Positions 50,255 to 58,930 of a stretch of 58,930 bases of DNA are shown here, piece after piece. Within the stretch, counting starts at the first letter, position 1. The number at the start of each line of letters is the position of its first letter. Made by a program: the position numbers and the translations under genes. Source of the DNA: Longimicrobiales bacterium (lineage in GTDB: Bacteria; Gemmatimonadota; Gemmatimonadetes; Longimicrobiales; RSA9); NCBI GenBank assembly GCA_041568755.1, contig JBFFZF010000003.1, positions 1 to 58,930 of the forward strand. The letters run 5' to 3'. Under the pieces are notes generated by a model that saw only the letters and a program-made list of their open reading frames with translations, was not told the DNA's origin and made no database searches.

Positions 50255-52966
50255 TCAACCGCCGCGCCCGGCGGCGGCCGCCCTGCGCAGGAGGTCCTGC
50301 AACTCGGCCCAGCGTCGACCGAATTCGTCGAAGTGACCGTCGCGCAGCGCCCGATCGGCAGCGTTCATGACTTCCATGGCGCGCTGTGCCCAGTCGGCGA
50401 CGGCCGCGTCGACCTGCGCGGGTGGATCGATCGATTCACCGCCCTCCCCGCTCGCGCCGAGACCGAGCACCGCGTCGCGTAAAGTGGACGCCATGTACAC
50501 GGAGGTGCCGTCGCTCACGATGACGCGGTGCAACTGGGGAATCGACCCGGCGGAGCCTTTCAGGAAGACCGGCTGCATGTAGAACAGCGTGCTGTCCAGC
50601 GGCACGATGCGCAGCTCGCCGAGATCCACGTCGCTGCCGCTCTGGCGCCACAGCGACAGATCCGCGGAGATCGTAGGATCCTGCTCGATGATCGTGCGAA
50701 TCTGCCGCGGACCGGAGATCTGGGCGTCCCGGGGCAGCTGGAGCAGCGTCATGCGCCCGTAGTTGTCGGCGCCGTTCGCGACGAGCACGATGCCGGTCAT
50801 GTTCTGCCGCTCACGTGCGACGAACGGCGTGACCAGCAGGAATTCCACCGGTCCGCCCGGCGAGGCAATCATGGAGTACAGCGGATTACTGGCCGCGCCC
50901 CCGGTTTGCGGCCCGCTCATGCCACCCGCCACCTGCCACTCGTTCTGGCCCGAGAAGAAGGCGGCCGGGTCATCGACATGGTACTCCTTGAGGACGTCGG
51001 CCTGCAGACGCATCAGCATGGCCGGATAGCGCAGGTGTGCGTGCAGGCTGCGGGGCAGCGCATCGACCGGCCGGAACAGGCCCGGGAACGCGCGGGACCA
51101 GGCTGCCAGTACGGGCTCATCGGGATCGATGGCGTACAGGGCGACCTCACCGGTGCGCGCATCGACCGTGGCCTTGACACTGTTGCGCACGTAGCGCACG
51201 CTGCCCAGCCCGCCGAGCGGGAAGGGCCGCGCGATCGGATACGTGGACGAGATCGTGAAGCCATCGACGAACCAGACGATCCTGCCCTCATGGATCACCG
51301 GAAGCGGGGCACGATCCCAGAGGATGAACGGCGCGATCGCCGACAGGCGTTCCTGGATGCGCCGCCGGTGCAGGAGTCGGCTCGTCGCCGACAGGTCGCC
51401 GGTGAAGAGGAGGTTGCGGTCGGCCAGCTGCCAGGCCAGGGAAATCCGTCGGATGAGGCTGCCCGCACCGATGCCGGCAGGCACGCCGCCCGTAGAATCG
51501 GGCAGGGTCTCCGGCTTGACCACGATGTACCCATCCGTCGTCTCGCCGAAGAAGACGCTGGGGTGCGTCAGATCCACGGACGGGGGCGCGCCGGGCGCGC
51601 GCCGGACGGGATCCACGCCCGACAGCCAGAACACGGGGTCGCCATCCGCGGTCTTGGTGGCGATCGCGCTCACGACAGCGCCATTGCCGCGCACCTGCTC
51701 GGCGTTCAGATGCAGCGTGCTCCAGGTCTGCGCATCGGGCGTCAGGCCGGCTGCAGTGAATTCCCGGACTGCGATCGCCACCTGGCGCTCGTCTCCGGGC
51801 GGGCCGTAGCGATCGTGGTGCACGCTGGGGAAATGGTAGTATCCCCTGAGCGACTCGCGCTCACGGAACGAGACCTGCAAGGGCTCGACGTCCCAGAGCG
51901 GCAGGCGCTCGAGCGCCCCCTGCACGTTCTCCCAGCGCGGTGCCGGACCCCGCTGGACGGCCATGGTACGACGCTCGAGTCGATCCAGGGCATACGCCCG
52001 GCGTGTGAAGTCGAGATTCCAGCGGATGTACGGCTCTTCCCGTTCCAGTTGATTGGGGACCACGCGGATCTTCTGCACCAGCGCGGGATACACCAGACCG
52101 AGTCCGAGGCCGGTGAGCAGCAGGAGCCCGATCGACGCGACGGCCGGGACCCATGACCGGCGTGTGGCCGCCCAGACCAGCGTGGCCGCGACTGCCAGCG
52201 AGATCACCGCCAGAGCGCGGTACGCCGCCAGCCGCGCATGTTCGTCCGTGTAGCCGACGCCGCCACCGAAGCCGCTGCCATCGAGCAGCACGCCATACCG
52301 CCCCATCCAGTAGCGCACGCCGAACAGCAGCACGACGCCGCCGACGAGCAGCGCGAAATGCCGGCGTGGTCGATCGTCGACTTCGAGTCGGCCGCTGCGC
52401 ACGCGCACCGTGCCCACGAGGACGTACCCGATGAGGGCGAGCATGGCGCTCCACACGACGACCAGCAGCAGGAAGTCGAGCAGGCGGTTGTAGACGGGCA
52501 GTGAGAACACGTAGAAGCTGAGGTCGCGCTGGAACAGCGGGTCCATCTGCCCCCATGCGCCATGGTTCCACCAGGCCAGCATCGTAAGTCCGGACCCGCC
52601 CGGGAAGCTGATGCCGGACAGCCACCACCCCGCGAGGATGGAGACCAGCGCGATGCCCGTGCGTACGTAGGCGCGCGGCACGACCTCCGCGATCTCGATG
52701 TTACCGTAGCGCCTGCGCAGCTGGACGGGCCCGAGGTGGCGGACGACGCTGGCGAGGTTGACCAGCACGAAGAGCGCGGCCACGATCGAAGTGAGGATGC
52801 GCACCGTGGCGCCCGCCGCGACCCGGGTCCACAGGACGTCGGACAGGCCGAGCGAGTCGAACCACAGCACTTCCGTGTACAGTTCGATGGCGGCACCGCC
52901 ACCGACCAGCAGGACGACGAGTGCGACGGTGGCGCCGATCAGCAGACGGATCGGCCTACGCATCAT
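50255..52966 (-). CDS. UPF0182 family membrane protein
   Basis: 'LYTEVLWF', 'DPLFQRDLSFYVFSLP', 'GYTD', 'VVPNQLEREEPYI', 'RLPLWD', 'YVRNSVKATVDARTG'. Confidence 0.9.
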   Translation of the reverse strand: MMRRPIRLLIGATVALVVLLVGGGAAIELYTEVLWFDSLGLSDVLWTRVAAGATVRILTSIVAALFVLVNLASVVRHLGPVQLRRRYGNIEIAEVVPRAYVRTGIALVSILAGWWLSGISFPGGSGLTMLAWWNHGAWGQMDPLFQRDLSFYVFSLPVYNRLLDFLLLVVVWSAMLALIGYVLVGTVRVRSGRLEVDDRPRRHFALLVGGVVLLFGVRYWMGRYGVLLDGSGFGGGVGYTDEHARLAAYRALAVISLAVAATLVWAATRRSWVPAVASIGLLLLTGLGLGLVYPALVQKIRVVPNQLEREEPYIRWNLDFTRRAYALDRLERRTMAVQRGPAPRWENVQGALERLPLWDVEPLQVSFRERESLRGYYHFPSVHHDRYGPPGDERQVAIAVREFTAAGLTPDAQTWSTLHLNAEQVRGNGAVVSAIATKTADGDPVFWLSGVDPVRRAPGAPPSVDLTHPSVFFGETTDGYIVVKPETLPDSTGGVPAGIGAGSLIRRISLAWQLADRNLLFTGDLSATSRLLHRRRIQERLSAIAPFILWDRAPLPVIHEGRIVWFVDGFTISSTYPIARPFPLGGLGSVRYVRNSVKATVDARTGEVALYAIDPDEPVLAAWSRAFPGLFRPVDALPRSLHAHLRYPAMLMRLQADVLKEYHVDDPAAFFSGQNEWQVAGGMSGPQTGGAASNPLYSMIASPGGPVEFLLVTPFVARERQNMTGIVLVANGADNYGRMTLLQLPRDAQISGPRQIRTIIEQDPTISADLSLWRQSGSDVDLGELRIVPLDSTLFYMQPVFLKGSAGSIPQLHRVIVSDGTSVYMASTLRDAVLGLGASGEGGESIDPPAQVDAAVADWAQRAMEVMNAADRALRDGHFDEFGRRWAELQDLLRRAAAAGRGG

Positions 52967-52967
52967 C

Positions 52968-54347
52968 TCAGTGTCCTGTCGCGGCGGGATCCACGCCCGC
53001 CTGGCGCAGCCAGTTTTCCATCACGTCGCGAATCGCGTCCAGCTGTTCCGCAGTTTTCGCCTCGAACCGCATGACCAGAACAGGCTGGGTGTTGGAGGCG
53101 CGCAGGAGGCCCCAGCCGCCGTCGAACAGAACGCGGGCCCCATCGACCGCGACCACCTCGTGGTCGCGGCTGAAGTCCTCGACCGCACGCGCGACCAGGT
53201 CGAACTTGGTCTCCTCCGTCACTTCGACGCGGATCTCCGGCGTCGACACGTACTGCGGGAAGCCGGCAACCATGTCTGCGAGCGGCCGATCGGACCGCGC
53301 CACGATGTCGGCCAGTCTGCACGCCGCGAACAGTGCGTCGTCGAAGCCGTAGTAGTCCTCACCGAAACAGATGTGGCCGGACAGTTCGCCGGCGATCGGC
53401 GCGTCGTACTCCTTCATCTTCTCCTTGATCAGCGAATGGCCCGTCTTCCACATGATGGGCCGCCCACCTCTCGCTTCGAAGACCTCCGGCACGGCCTGCG
53501 AGCACTTCACGTCGAAGATGAGCGGCTGGGGCGCGCCCAGTCGGTCGAGCGCATCCAGCCCGAACAGCAGAAGGAGGATGTCGCCGCGGATGATGCCGCC
53601 CTGGCCGTCGACGGCACCGATCCGGTCGGCATCGCCATCGAAGGCCACGCCGAAGTCGGCCTCCTCGGCCCGTACGCGATCGATCAGATCGCGCAGGTTC
53701 TCGTCCACGACCGGATCCGGATGGTGGTTGGGGAAGGTGCCGTCGGACTCGCAATAGAGCGGGATGACGTGCACGCCCATGCGGCGCAGCAGCGGCGTCG
53801 CGACGAGGCTGCCCGTGCCGTTCCCGCAGTCGGCCACGACACGCGTCGGCCGTGCGAGCTGGAAGCGGCCGCCGACGTCCTCGACATAGGCCCGGATCAC
53901 CTCGATGGTCTCGACCGCGCCGGCGCCCGCAGCGAACTGCTTCTTCTCGATGCGCTGGCGGAGCGACTGGATCGCCTGCCCGTACAGTGCCCGCCCGCGC
54001 ACGATCATCTTGAAACCGTTGTACTCAGGCGGGTTGTGCGATCCGGTGATCTGCAGCCCCCCGTCGGTGCCGTGCCGGGCCGCCGCCCAGTACAGGACGG
54101 GCGTGGGTACCGTGCCCACGTCGAGGACATCGACACCCGCTGCGCGAATGCCGCTCATGATCGCGTCGGCGAGCCCGGGCGAACTGGGCCGGTTGTCGCG
54201 TCCGACAGCCACGCGCAGGGGACCGTCGCCCAGCCGCTCACGCAGCTCGCTGGCGAATGCCCGGCCGATGTGCTTGGGGATATCGCCGACGAGGTCGCGT
54301 TCGACCACGCCGCGGATGTCGTATTCGCGGAAGATGTGGGCGTTCAT
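52968..54347 (-). CDS. Phosphomannomutase/phosphoglucomutase (AlgC-like)
   Basis: 'IFREYDIRG', 'TGSHNPPEYNGFK', 'FPNHHPDP', 'DGDADR', 'GELSGH', 'RASNT'. Confidence 0.95.
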   Translation of the reverse strand: MNAHIFREYDIRGVVERDLVGDIPKHIGRAFASELRERLGDGPLRVAVGRDNRPSSPGLADAIMSGIRAAGVDVLDVGTVPTPVLYWAAARHGTDGGLQITGSHNPPEYNGFKMIVRGRALYGQAIQSLRQRIEKKQFAAGAGAVETIEVIRAYVEDVGGRFQLARPTRVVADCGNGTGSLVATPLLRRMGVHVIPLYCESDGTFPNHHPDPVVDENLRDLIDRVRAEEADFGVAFDGDADRIGAVDGQGGIIRGDILLLLFGLDALDRLGAPQPLIFDVKCSQAVPEVFEARGGRPIMWKTGHSLIKEKMKEYDAPIAGELSGHICFGEDYYGFDDALFAACRLADIVARSDRPLADMVAGFPQYVSTPEIRVEVTEETKFDLVARAVEDFSRDHEVVAVDGARVLFDGGWGLLRASNTQPVLVMRFEAKTAEQLDAIRDVMENWLRQAGVDPAATGH

Positions 54348-54392
54348 GGAACTCCTCTGTTTGCGCCTGCGGGCAGCCGGCGCGGACCTCGC

Positions 54393-55901
54393 TCAGGGCA
54401 GCCCTGCGCCGGCCAGCGGTCCGCCCAGCTGCAGGAGAGAGGCCGCGCTGCGCTCCGCCGCGTCGATCAGCGGGCCCGGGAACACGCCAAGCACGATCAC
54501 GACGGCGGCCGTCAGCACGAGCGTGTAGCGGACGGATGGTGACAGGGCCGGAAGCGCGGCCGGCGCAGCACCCTCCGCTGTCCGGAACCACATGAACCAC
54601 GCGACGCGCAGGTAGTACCAGTAGGAAACCAGCGAAGCCAGCACGAGTACGATGGCCAGCAGCAGCAGGCCGCGTTCGACGGCCGCCCGCAGGATGTAGA
54701 CCTTGCCGATGAACCCGCCCGTGAGCGGGAATCCTGCCAGCGAGAGCAGGAAGATCGTCATGACGGTGGCCACGACAGGCTGGCGCCAGCCCAGCCCGGT
54801 GTACGCCTCAAGGTCCAGGTGTGCCTCACCCTTTCCGGCGACCGTGGTGACTACCGCGAATGCGCCCACCGTCATCAGCGTGTAGACCAGCGCATAGAAC
54901 AGGAACGATGCCGCGCCGAGTACACTCGCCGCCGCGATGGCGACCATCAGGTAGCCGGCGTGGGCGACGCTCGAGTAGGCCAGCATCCGTTTGACGTTGC
55001 CCTGGACGAGGGCGATCAGGTTGGCCGCGACCATGGTGAGCACGCCGAGCGCGATCGCGATCACGTCCCACGTCTCGTACAGCTCCGGGAACGCGATCAG
55101 GAACACGCGCAGGAACGCGGCGAAAGCGGCGGCCTTCACAGCCGTCGCCATGAAGCCAGCGACCGGGCCGGGCGCCCCTTCGTACGCGTCGGGGGTCCAC
55201 ATGTGGAACGGCACGGCGGCCACCTTGAAGCCGAAGCCGACGGCGAGCATGACCATGCCCGTCACGAGGAGCGGGCTGGCGCCGAGGCCCTCGATCCCGA
55301 CGGCCGTCCCGATGCCGGCCAGGTTGGTCGTGCCGGTCGCACCCCAGACCAGGGCCACACCCAGCAGGAAGAACGCACTCGAGAAGGCACCGAGCAGGAA
55401 GTACTTCAGCGCGCCCTCCGCCGATCGCACATCCCGGCGGTTCACGCCGGTGAGGACGTAGACCGGGACGGACAGCACTTCCAGCCCGATGAACATGAGC
55501 ATCAGATCCTGCGCGCCGGCAAACACCATCATGCCGACTGTCGTGAACAGGATCAGCACGTACAACTCGCCGAGCCGCAGATGCTCCTCGTCGAGGTAAC
55601 GTCCCGAGACCAGGAGGAACAGTCCGGTCGCGATCAGGAAGATGAAGTTGGCGAAGATGCGGAACCCGTCCAGCGCGATGGACACCGTCGTGAGGGTCCC
55701 CGCGTTTCCGGCCAGCCACAGGTTCGCGGCCGCGGCCAGGGCGATGCCCACCGCCGTCAGCCCGGCGATCGAGGCGCGCGACGCGCCGCCCCGATCGCCT
55801 TTCTGCATGACATCGACGAGCAGGATCACCATGGCCCACACGGAGAGCACGATCTCCGGCAGCAGGGCCAGCGCGATCTGGCCGGGCGTTGCCGTCTCCA
55901 T
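54393..55901 (-). CDS. nuoN: NADH-quinone oxidoreductase subunit N
   Basis: 'EGALKYFLLG', 'FKVAAVPFHMWTPDAYEGAP', 'KRMLAYSSVAHAGY', 'SLAGFP'. Confidence 0.95.
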   Translation of the reverse strand: METATPGQIALALLPEIVLSVWAMVILLVDVMQKGDRGGASRASIAGLTAVGIALAAAANLWLAGNAGTLTTVSIALDGFRIFANFIFLIATGLFLLVSGRYLDEEHLRLGELYVLILFTTVGMMVFAGAQDLMLMFIGLEVLSVPVYVLTGVNRRDVRSAEGALKYFLLGAFSSAFFLLGVALVWGATGTTNLAGIGTAVGIEGLGASPLLVTGMVMLAVGFGFKVAAVPFHMWTPDAYEGAPGPVAGFMATAVKAAAFAAFLRVFLIAFPELYETWDVIAIALGVLTMVAANLIALVQGNVKRMLAYSSVAHAGYLMVAIAAASVLGAASFLFYALVYTLMTVGAFAVVTTVAGKGEAHLDLEAYTGLGWRQPVVATVMTIFLLSLAGFPLTGGFIGKVYILRAAVERGLLLLAIVLVLASLVSYWYYLRVAWFMWFRTAEGAAPAALPALSPSVRYTLVLTAAVVIVLGVFPGPLIDAAERSAASLLQLGGPLAGAGLP

Positions 55902-57517
55902 CAGTCCTGTGCCTCCGTCCGGCTCGCGTCCTCCGTGGCGCTCTCCACAATCGCGTCCTCCACGGCAAGGTCACGGATCTCCACGGTAAGCCCGACCGGC
56001 ATCACGGGCGCGGACCGCTGCTCGACGGACTCGACCAGTTCTGCCAGCGACAGCTCCATTCGCTCGAGGAACGGCCTGGGATAGACGCCCAGCCACAGCA
56101 TGCCCGCGACGAGCGGCGCGAGCACGGCCAGCTCGCGGCGGCTCAGGTCGGGCATCGACCGGTTCTCGGCGCGGTCGAGCGGGTTGAACCAGACACGCTG
56201 GACCATCGGCAGCATGTAGTACGCGGCAAAGATGACCCCCGAAGCCGCGATGATCGCGACCCAGGGGTGCGTCTCGAACGTCCCGACCAGCGCCAGGAAC
56301 TCGCCGACGAATCCGCTCGTGCCGGGCAGACCGATGCTGGCCAGTGCCGTGAAGATGAAGATCGCCGCGAACATCGGCGCGACCGCGGCCAGTCCGCCGA
56401 ACTCGGCGATCGCGCGCGTGTGGCGTCGCTCGTACAGCATGCCGATCAGGAGGAACATCGCCCCTGTCGACAGTCCGTGAGAGAGCATGACGATCATGGC
56501 ACCCTGCAACCCGCGCACCGTCAGTGCGAAGATGCCCAGCACCACGAACCCCATGTGCGCCACCGACGTGTACGCGATCAGCTTCTTGGCGTCCGGCTGA
56601 ACGGCCGCGACGAGCGCTCCGTATGTGATGCCGATCAGGCCCAGAACCATGATCGCCGCCGTGATCCCCGGGTGCGTCACGGCCTGCGGGAAGAACGGCA
56701 GCAGGAAACGCAGGAAACCGTACGCGCCGAGCTTCAGCAGCACGGCCGCCAGCACAACGGAGCCCGGCGTCGGGGCCTCCACGTGTGCGTCCGGCAGCCA
56801 CGTATGGAACGGGAACACCGGGATCTTGATCGCGAAGGCGAGCGCGAACACTCCGAACAGCCAGTACTGCTCTCCGAAGCTCAGGGGCACGGTGAGCAGG
56901 TCCACATAGGCGAACGACAGCGCCCCGGTCAGCCCCCGGTACTTCACGAACAGGTAGATGATGCCCACCAGCATCAGCAGCGAGCCGAACGCGGTGAACA
57001 GGAAGAACTTGATGGCAGCGTAGATCCGCCGCTCCCCGCCCCACAGCCCGATGATGAAGTACATCGGGACGAGCATGACCTCCCAGAAGACGAAGAACAG
57101 GAAGAGGTCGAGTGCGACGAAAACCCCGACGATGCCGGATTGCAGCACCAGCAGCATCGCATAGAACAGCGGCTGCCGCTCGGTGATGTAGCGGAATGAA
57201 CCGAGCACGACGATCGGGGCGAGCGCGGTGGTGAGCAGCACGAGCAGCAGGCTGATGCCGTCGATCCCGACCCGGTAGTGGATGCCCCATTGGGGGATCC
57301 ACGGGACGTCGGCGGCCAGCTGCATGCCGGCCAGCCCCGGGTTGAACGCGAACCAGAGCGGCGCGGAGACCAGGAACTCGAGCGCGGCGATGGCCAACGC
57401 CCACTCGCGCGCGCGCGAGCGTCCCACCGTCCCGACGAGCACAGCGCCGAGCACCGGCAGCGCGATCAGGACGTGGATCACCCACGAAGGCCAGCCCACG
57501 GCTTCGAGCAGGCTCAT
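55901..57517 (-). CDS. nuoM: NADH-quinone oxidoreductase subunit M
   Basis: 'GIDGISL', 'FFVFWEVMLVPMY', 'FHTWLPDAHVEAP', 'KKLIAYTSVAHMG', 'GLPGTSGFVGEFL'. Confidence 0.96.
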   Translation of the reverse strand: MSLLEAVGWPSWVIHVLIALPVLGAVLVGTVGRSRAREWALAIAALEFLVSAPLWFAFNPGLAGMQLAADVPWIPQWGIHYRVGIDGISLLLVLLTTALAPIVVLGSFRYITERQPLFYAMLLVLQSGIVGVFVALDLFLFFVFWEVMLVPMYFIIGLWGGERRIYAAIKFFLFTAFGSLLMLVGIIYLFVKYRGLTGALSFAYVDLLTVPLSFGEQYWLFGVFALAFAIKIPVFPFHTWLPDAHVEAPTPGSVVLAAVLLKLGAYGFLRFLLPFFPQAVTHPGITAAIMVLGLIGITYGALVAAVQPDAKKLIAYTSVAHMGFVVLGIFALTVRGLQGAMIVMLSHGLSTGAMFLLIGMLYERRHTRAIAEFGGLAAVAPMFAAIFIFTALASIGLPGTSGFVGEFLALVGTFETHPWVAIIAASGVIFAAYYMLPMVQRVWFNPLDRAENRSMPDLSRRELAVLAPLVAGMLWLGVYPRPFLERMELSLAELVESVEQRSAPVMPVGLTVEIRDLAVEDAIVESATEDASRTEAQD

Positions 57518-58704
57518 AGCAGCATCACGAAGGCGAGGAGCATGAGCGCGCCCGCCACCACGGCGAACGCATAGGTGTTGAGCTGGCCCGTCTGCAGTCT
57601 CGACCCGACCCAGCCCAGCGCGCGCGAAGCGTAGCCGGCACCATTGACCATGCCGTCCACGATCAGGTCATCGACGAAGCGCCACAGCCCGCGGGACAGT
57701 GCCACGATGGGCCGGATGAGGATCGCGTCGTACAGTTCGTCGACGTACCACTTGTTGAACAGAATACGCCGGAATCCGGCGGGTTCGGCCGCCTGTGCCG
57801 CGGGCAGCGTCGTGCGCCTGCCCAGCACGCGCGCGGTCACGGTGATCACGACCAGGGCCAGGGCGACGGACACCGCCGCCCAGAGGACCTCGCTCCCGCC
57901 GACCGGCGAATGCTCCTCGAACGCCGGCACCATGCCGGCCACGATGCCGTCGGCCGCCTCGGTGACCGGGTGCAGCCACTCGTGCAGCCACTCGGAGTGC
58001 GGCAGCCAGCCGAACACGGGCGCCTGTCCGATGGCGTGGGGCACGTTGATCCAGCCGCCGAACACGGAGAGCACGGCCAGCACGACGAGCGGGATCCACA
58101 TCACCGGCGAGACCTCGTGCAGGTGCCCCCGCTCCGCGTCGCCCGTCCGGTTGGCGCCGTGGAAGGTCATGATCATGAGCCGCGTCATGTAGAACGCGGT
58201 CAGGATGGCGGCCGCGAGCGCGAGGACCCAGAACAGCTGGAACCACGGCTGGTAGATGCCAACGGCCCGGCTGCCCACCTGCCAGATGATCTCGTCCTTC
58301 GAGAAGAATCCGGCGAACGGCCATACGCCCGCGATCGCCAGCGTGGCAATCCACATCGTGACCCACGTGATGGGCATGAAGCGGCGCAGGCCACCCATGT
58401 TGCGCATGTCCTGCGCGTCCTCGTGCGAGTGCGTCGCGTGGTACGCGTGGTGCATCGCGTGGATCACGGCGCCGGCGCCCAGGAAGAGCAGTGCCTTGAA
58501 GAACGCGTGCGTCATCAGGTGGAACACGCCGGCGGCGTAGGCGCCGACGCCCACACCGATGAACATGTAGCCCAGCTGGGAAACCGTGGAGTAGGCCAGG
58601 ACCTTCTTGATGTCGTACTGGAAGACCGCGATGAGGCCGGCCAGCAGCGCCGTGGCAACGCCGACGCAGGTGACGATGAGCATGGCGCCGGGGCTCAGGG
58701 CGTA
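57514..58704 (-). CDS. nuoL: NADH-quinone oxidoreductase subunit L, C-terminal part only (5' part replaced by unrelated in-frame sequence)
   Basis: 'QYDIKKVLAYSTVSQLGYM', 'FHLMTHAFFKALLFLGAG', 'GFFSKDEI', 'LTAFYMTR', 'KWYVDELY', 'LQTG'. The N-terminal NuoL region (e.g. the WLPDAM motif) is absent. Confidence 0.9.
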   Translation of the reverse strand, partial: YALSPGAMLIVTCVGVATALLAGLIAVFQYDIKKVLAYSTVSQLGYMFIGVGVGAYAAGVFHLMTHAFFKALLFLGAGAVIHAMHHAYHATHSHEDAQDMRNMGGLRRFMPITWVTMWIATLAIAGVWPFAGFFSKDEIIWQVGSRAVGIYQPWFQLFWVLALAAAILTAFYMTRLMIMTFHGANRTGDAERGHLHEVSPVMWIPLVVLAVLSVFGGWINVPHAIGQAPVFGWLPHSEWLHEWLHPVTEAADGIVAGMVPAFEEHSPVGGSEVLWAAVSVALALVVITVTARVLGRRTTLPAAQAAEPAGFRRILFNKWYVDELYDAILIRPIVALSRGLWRFVDDLIVDGMVNGAGYASRALGWVGSRLQTGQLNTYAFAVVAGALMLLAFVMLL

Positions 58705-58930
58705 GACGCTGCTGAAGGTCTCGGGGTGGCGCATGGCCAGTTTCAGGGCCCCGTAGCCTCCCATGCTGTGGCCGGTGATGCCGCGGCTCTCGCGCCGGGA
58801 CAGCTCGCGTCCGGCGCTGCTGATCTCGAGCCCGACGGCGTCGAGGGCGCGCTGGCTCTGCTCGCGCTCGCCGCGTCGATCCTCGAGCTGGCGCTTGAGC
58901 GACGCGACCTCGTCCGCGACCGAGGCCTGC
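58684..58930 (-). other. Probable chimeric contig end: coiled-coil fragment and alpha/beta-hydrolase fragment in frame with nuoL
   Basis: Translation [87 protein letters not shown]. Confidence 0.7.

Noticed and set aside
57514-58764. Novel esterase-NuoL fusion protein
   Set aside because: The hydrolase piece is only ~35 aa and cannot fold as a domain, and NuoL lacks its N-terminal helices. Best explained as an assembly chimera.

Overview
High-GC bacterial chromosome segment, most likely Gemmatimonadota. This is inferred from gene order and content, not from a search. The left ~13.5 kb is mixed-strand: a partial RCK/zf-UBP protein, cupin, DUF3500-like protein, nadE, lgt, GWxTD-like exported protein, TPR protein, ligD+ku (NHEJ) and a lipoprotein multiheme cytochrome c. 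A well-formed 28-bp dif site at 13435-13462 suggests this is the replication terminus. From 13.5 kb to the end (~45 kb) every gene is on the minus strand, pointing towards dif. In transcription order: nuoL'MN, phosphomannomutase, UPF0182, carbamate kinase, sucCD, EIIA-CBS, ndk, yceD-rpmF-plsX-fabHDG-acpP-fabF, mqnE-mqnC, purE, ispF, dedA, xerD, trpG/pabA, an outer-membrane protein, kdsB-pyrG-kdsACD-lptCAB-rpoN, and an 8-gene envelope glycosylation cluster. No rRNA, tRNA, CRISPR array, prophage or intact transposase was seen. The window is mostly housekeeping and I found no unambiguous new system. The best candidates are the 9-heme lipoprotein cytochrome next to dif, the YfhO/GT-C glycosylation module coupled to the Kdo/Lpt genes, and several odd variants (extended LptB, CX5CX2C MqnE, ATC-initiated dedA). 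The last ~250 bp looks like an in-frame assembly chimera (coiled coil / esterase / NuoL). All product calls come from motif recognition by eye; no database searches were run.
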